A DNA stretch of 64,000 bases from Hyphomicrobiales bacterium (GTDB lineage: Bacteria > Pseudomonadota > Alphaproteobacteria > Rhizobiales > JACESI01). The notes under the pieces are model-generated. The model ran no database searches, had not been told where the DNA came from, and was given only the letters and a program-made list of their open reading frames with translations. This document shows, in pieces, positions 62,557 through 64,000 of this stretch. Each line of letters opens with the position of its first letter. The first letter of the stretch is position 1. A program made the position numbers and the translations under genes. The stretch covers positions 21,587-85,586 of the forward strand of contig JBDXGY010000004.1 of assembly GCA_039989895.1 (NCBI GenBank), read 5' to 3'.

Positions 62557-63999
62557 CTATTTATCTTTGTCACCAATGAATGGCACAAATCTAGAGAGGC
62601 TCTTTTTCTTTTCTTCCGCTACTGCAGTTTCGGTCACAGCTTGCGAACCTGGTGCAGGCAGGAAGACATTATCGCCAGTAGGCGCAGGTACTCCTGCAGC
62701 TCCATTAGCCGATTCAAGACCCGGCACACTAGGGAAAGAAACATCTTGGGTTATATTTACACCAGGAACTGTGCTGGGTGTATTATCAACTGGAACAAAA
62801 ACCGACTCTGGCGCAACTGGCGGCTGACCAGTGATGTCATCAAGACCTGGCACCGGAGGAAACGAAACGTTTTCAGATCCATCTTGGCCTGACGCTCCGC
62901 TACCAGCTGGAACAAAATCTCCATCACTTGGTGGAGAATAGGTCCCAGCACCTGTCGCAACTTCGTTCTTATCGCCAAGGAAAGGTACTAATCGGGAAAG
63001 ACCACGTTTCTTTTCAAACACTGGCTGGGTTCCAGCAGGCAAAATACCTTCTGCTGGGACAAAATCTGGATCAGAATTTCGTATTGATTCATCACCCTTT
63101 TTACCAACAAAAGGAACCAAACCTGCGATCCTTGAGCCCACACCTTGCCTGCGCGAGGCCACTCTACTTCCTGTGGTTAAGCTATAGGCATCAGAATACC
63201 ACTGCGATTCAGGGTAATTATGTCCGAGAATTGATGTTGACGATTTTGCATCATTCACAAGACCAAGTGACAAATAGCTTTCTGTCAAACGATAGAGTGC
63301 TTCTTCCACATGGCGTGTTGTCTGGTGCCTATCAACGACTGTTCTAAAACGGTTGACCGCTGCTAAATGCTGGCTACGTTCTTGATAATAACGACCGATC
63401 TGCATTTCTTTACCGGCTAATTGATCAGCCAAAAAAAACACTTTCCGTTTTGCGTCACTCGCATATTTTGAATCAGGATAGAGGCGAACGAGATCACGAT
63501 AGGCCTGCAATCCCTTTGCCGTGTCGCCTTGATCCAAAACAACAGAGCTAACATTTGAGCTGTATGATTCACCGATCAAATACTGCATATAGGCAGCATC
63601 TTTATTGCCAGGATAAAGCTGAATAAATTGCTCCGCTTTGGTGATGGTCTGCTCATATTGCTTTGAAGCAAAATGAGTATAGGCCGATAAGACCAATGAA
63701 CGTTGCGCTTCTGTAGAAAAAGGATGCAGCTTGTTCACTTGATCAAAGGCTTCTTGCGCAGTCTTTGCATCGCCTTTATTCACATTTTTAATACCACTAT
63801 TCAGCAGTACACTCGGTGGTAATTCCGCTTTGGCAGATAGAGCCGCAAGCTTCTTGTTTTCTTTGCTCGTTAGCTTACTGCTTTTAGCACTGCTGCTTTT
63901 ATCGCTGTCGCCAAAGCGATCAGCAAACGGTATCACAGAACACCCCGCAAGAATTACAGGTGAAACCAACACAATAGAAACTAGTAATTTACGCAGCAT
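62557..63999 (-). CDS. bamD: outer-membrane protein assembly factor BamD with extended repeat-bearing C-terminus
   Basis: 480-aa ORF. Lipoprotein signal with lipobox LAGC. TPR-like BamD core (YPGNKDAAYMQYLIGESY, LVRLYPDSKYASDA, IGRYYQERSQHLAAVNRF, HNYPESQWYSDA). Conserved bamD-recN-ligA order. A ~195-aa Pro/Gly-rich extension follows the core. Confidence 0.8.
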   Translation of the reverse strand: MLRKLLVSIVLVSPVILAGCSVIPFADRFGDSDKSSSAKSSKLTSKENKKLAALSAKAELPPSVLLNSGIKNVNKGDAKTAQEAFDQVNKLHPFSTEAQRSLVLSAYTHFASKQYEQTITKAEQFIQLYPGNKDAAYMQYLIGESYSSNVSSVVLDQGDTAKGLQAYRDLVRLYPDSKYASDAKRKVFFLADQLAGKEMQIGRYYQERSQHLAAVNRFRTVVDRHQTTRHVEEALYRLTESYLSLGLVNDAKSSTSILGHNYPESQWYSDAYSLTTGSRVASRRQGVGSRIAGLVPFVGKKGDESIRNSDPDFVPAEGILPAGTQPVFEKKRGLSRLVPFLGDKNEVATGAGTYSPPSDGDFVPAGSGASGQDGSENVSFPPVPGLDDITGQPPVAPESVFVPVDNTPSTVPGVNITQDVSFPSVPGLESANGAAGVPAPTGDNVFLPAPGSQAVTETAVAEEKKKSLSRFVPFIGDKDK

Positions 64000-64000
64000 T

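Overview
This 64-kb window looks like a chromosomal core segment of an alphaproteobacterium. The Hyphomicrobiales/Rhizobiales assignment is an inference from protein motifs and from synteny such as bamD-recN-ligA, hflKC-DUF2065-degP, serB/miaA and thyA-folA. I could run no alignments or searches, so all calls rest on reading the supplied translations, my own translation of unlisted stretches, and motif recognition.

I support about 54 protein-coding genes, mostly on the minus strand. They cover branched-chain amino-acid biosynthesis (leuA, ilvC, ilvI, ilvH), cofactor genes (thiD, pdxJ, folA/thyA), DNA repair (uvrD, ligA, recN) and envelope functions (Mla-like ABC system, bamD, degP, hflKC, an L,D-transpeptidase). 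There are also ion and water channels (two CPA1 antiporters, ClC, aqpZ) and signalling genes (an MCP, a CheZ-like protein, a GAF-PAS-GGDEF cyclase, a PilZ protein).

I found no rRNA, tRNA, CRISPR array, transposase, integrase, prophage or recognisable defence or toxin-antitoxin module, and I cannot point to a clear-cut novel multi-gene system.

The observations most worth follow-up:
- A 17-codon Ile/Leu/Val-rich leader ORF plus terminator sits upstream of ilvI and is absent from the ORF track.
- ilvI and ilvH are split by a 3.5-kb insert carrying an unknown membrane-anchored protein, an opposite-strand chemoreceptor and a DMT transporter.
- An orphan CheZ-like protein carries a long acidic tail.
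- A form-II CoxL-like molybdoenzyme subunit has no partner subunits and is translationally coupled to thiD.
- An OhrR-like regulator is paired with a cytochrome P460-family protein instead of Ohr.
- Two large secreted proteins have unknown or uncertain function (510 aa and 671 aa).
- BamD carries a roughly 200-aa repeat-bearing C-terminal extension.
- An LpxH-like/GT4 pair probably represents the plcP-agt lipid-remodelling operon.
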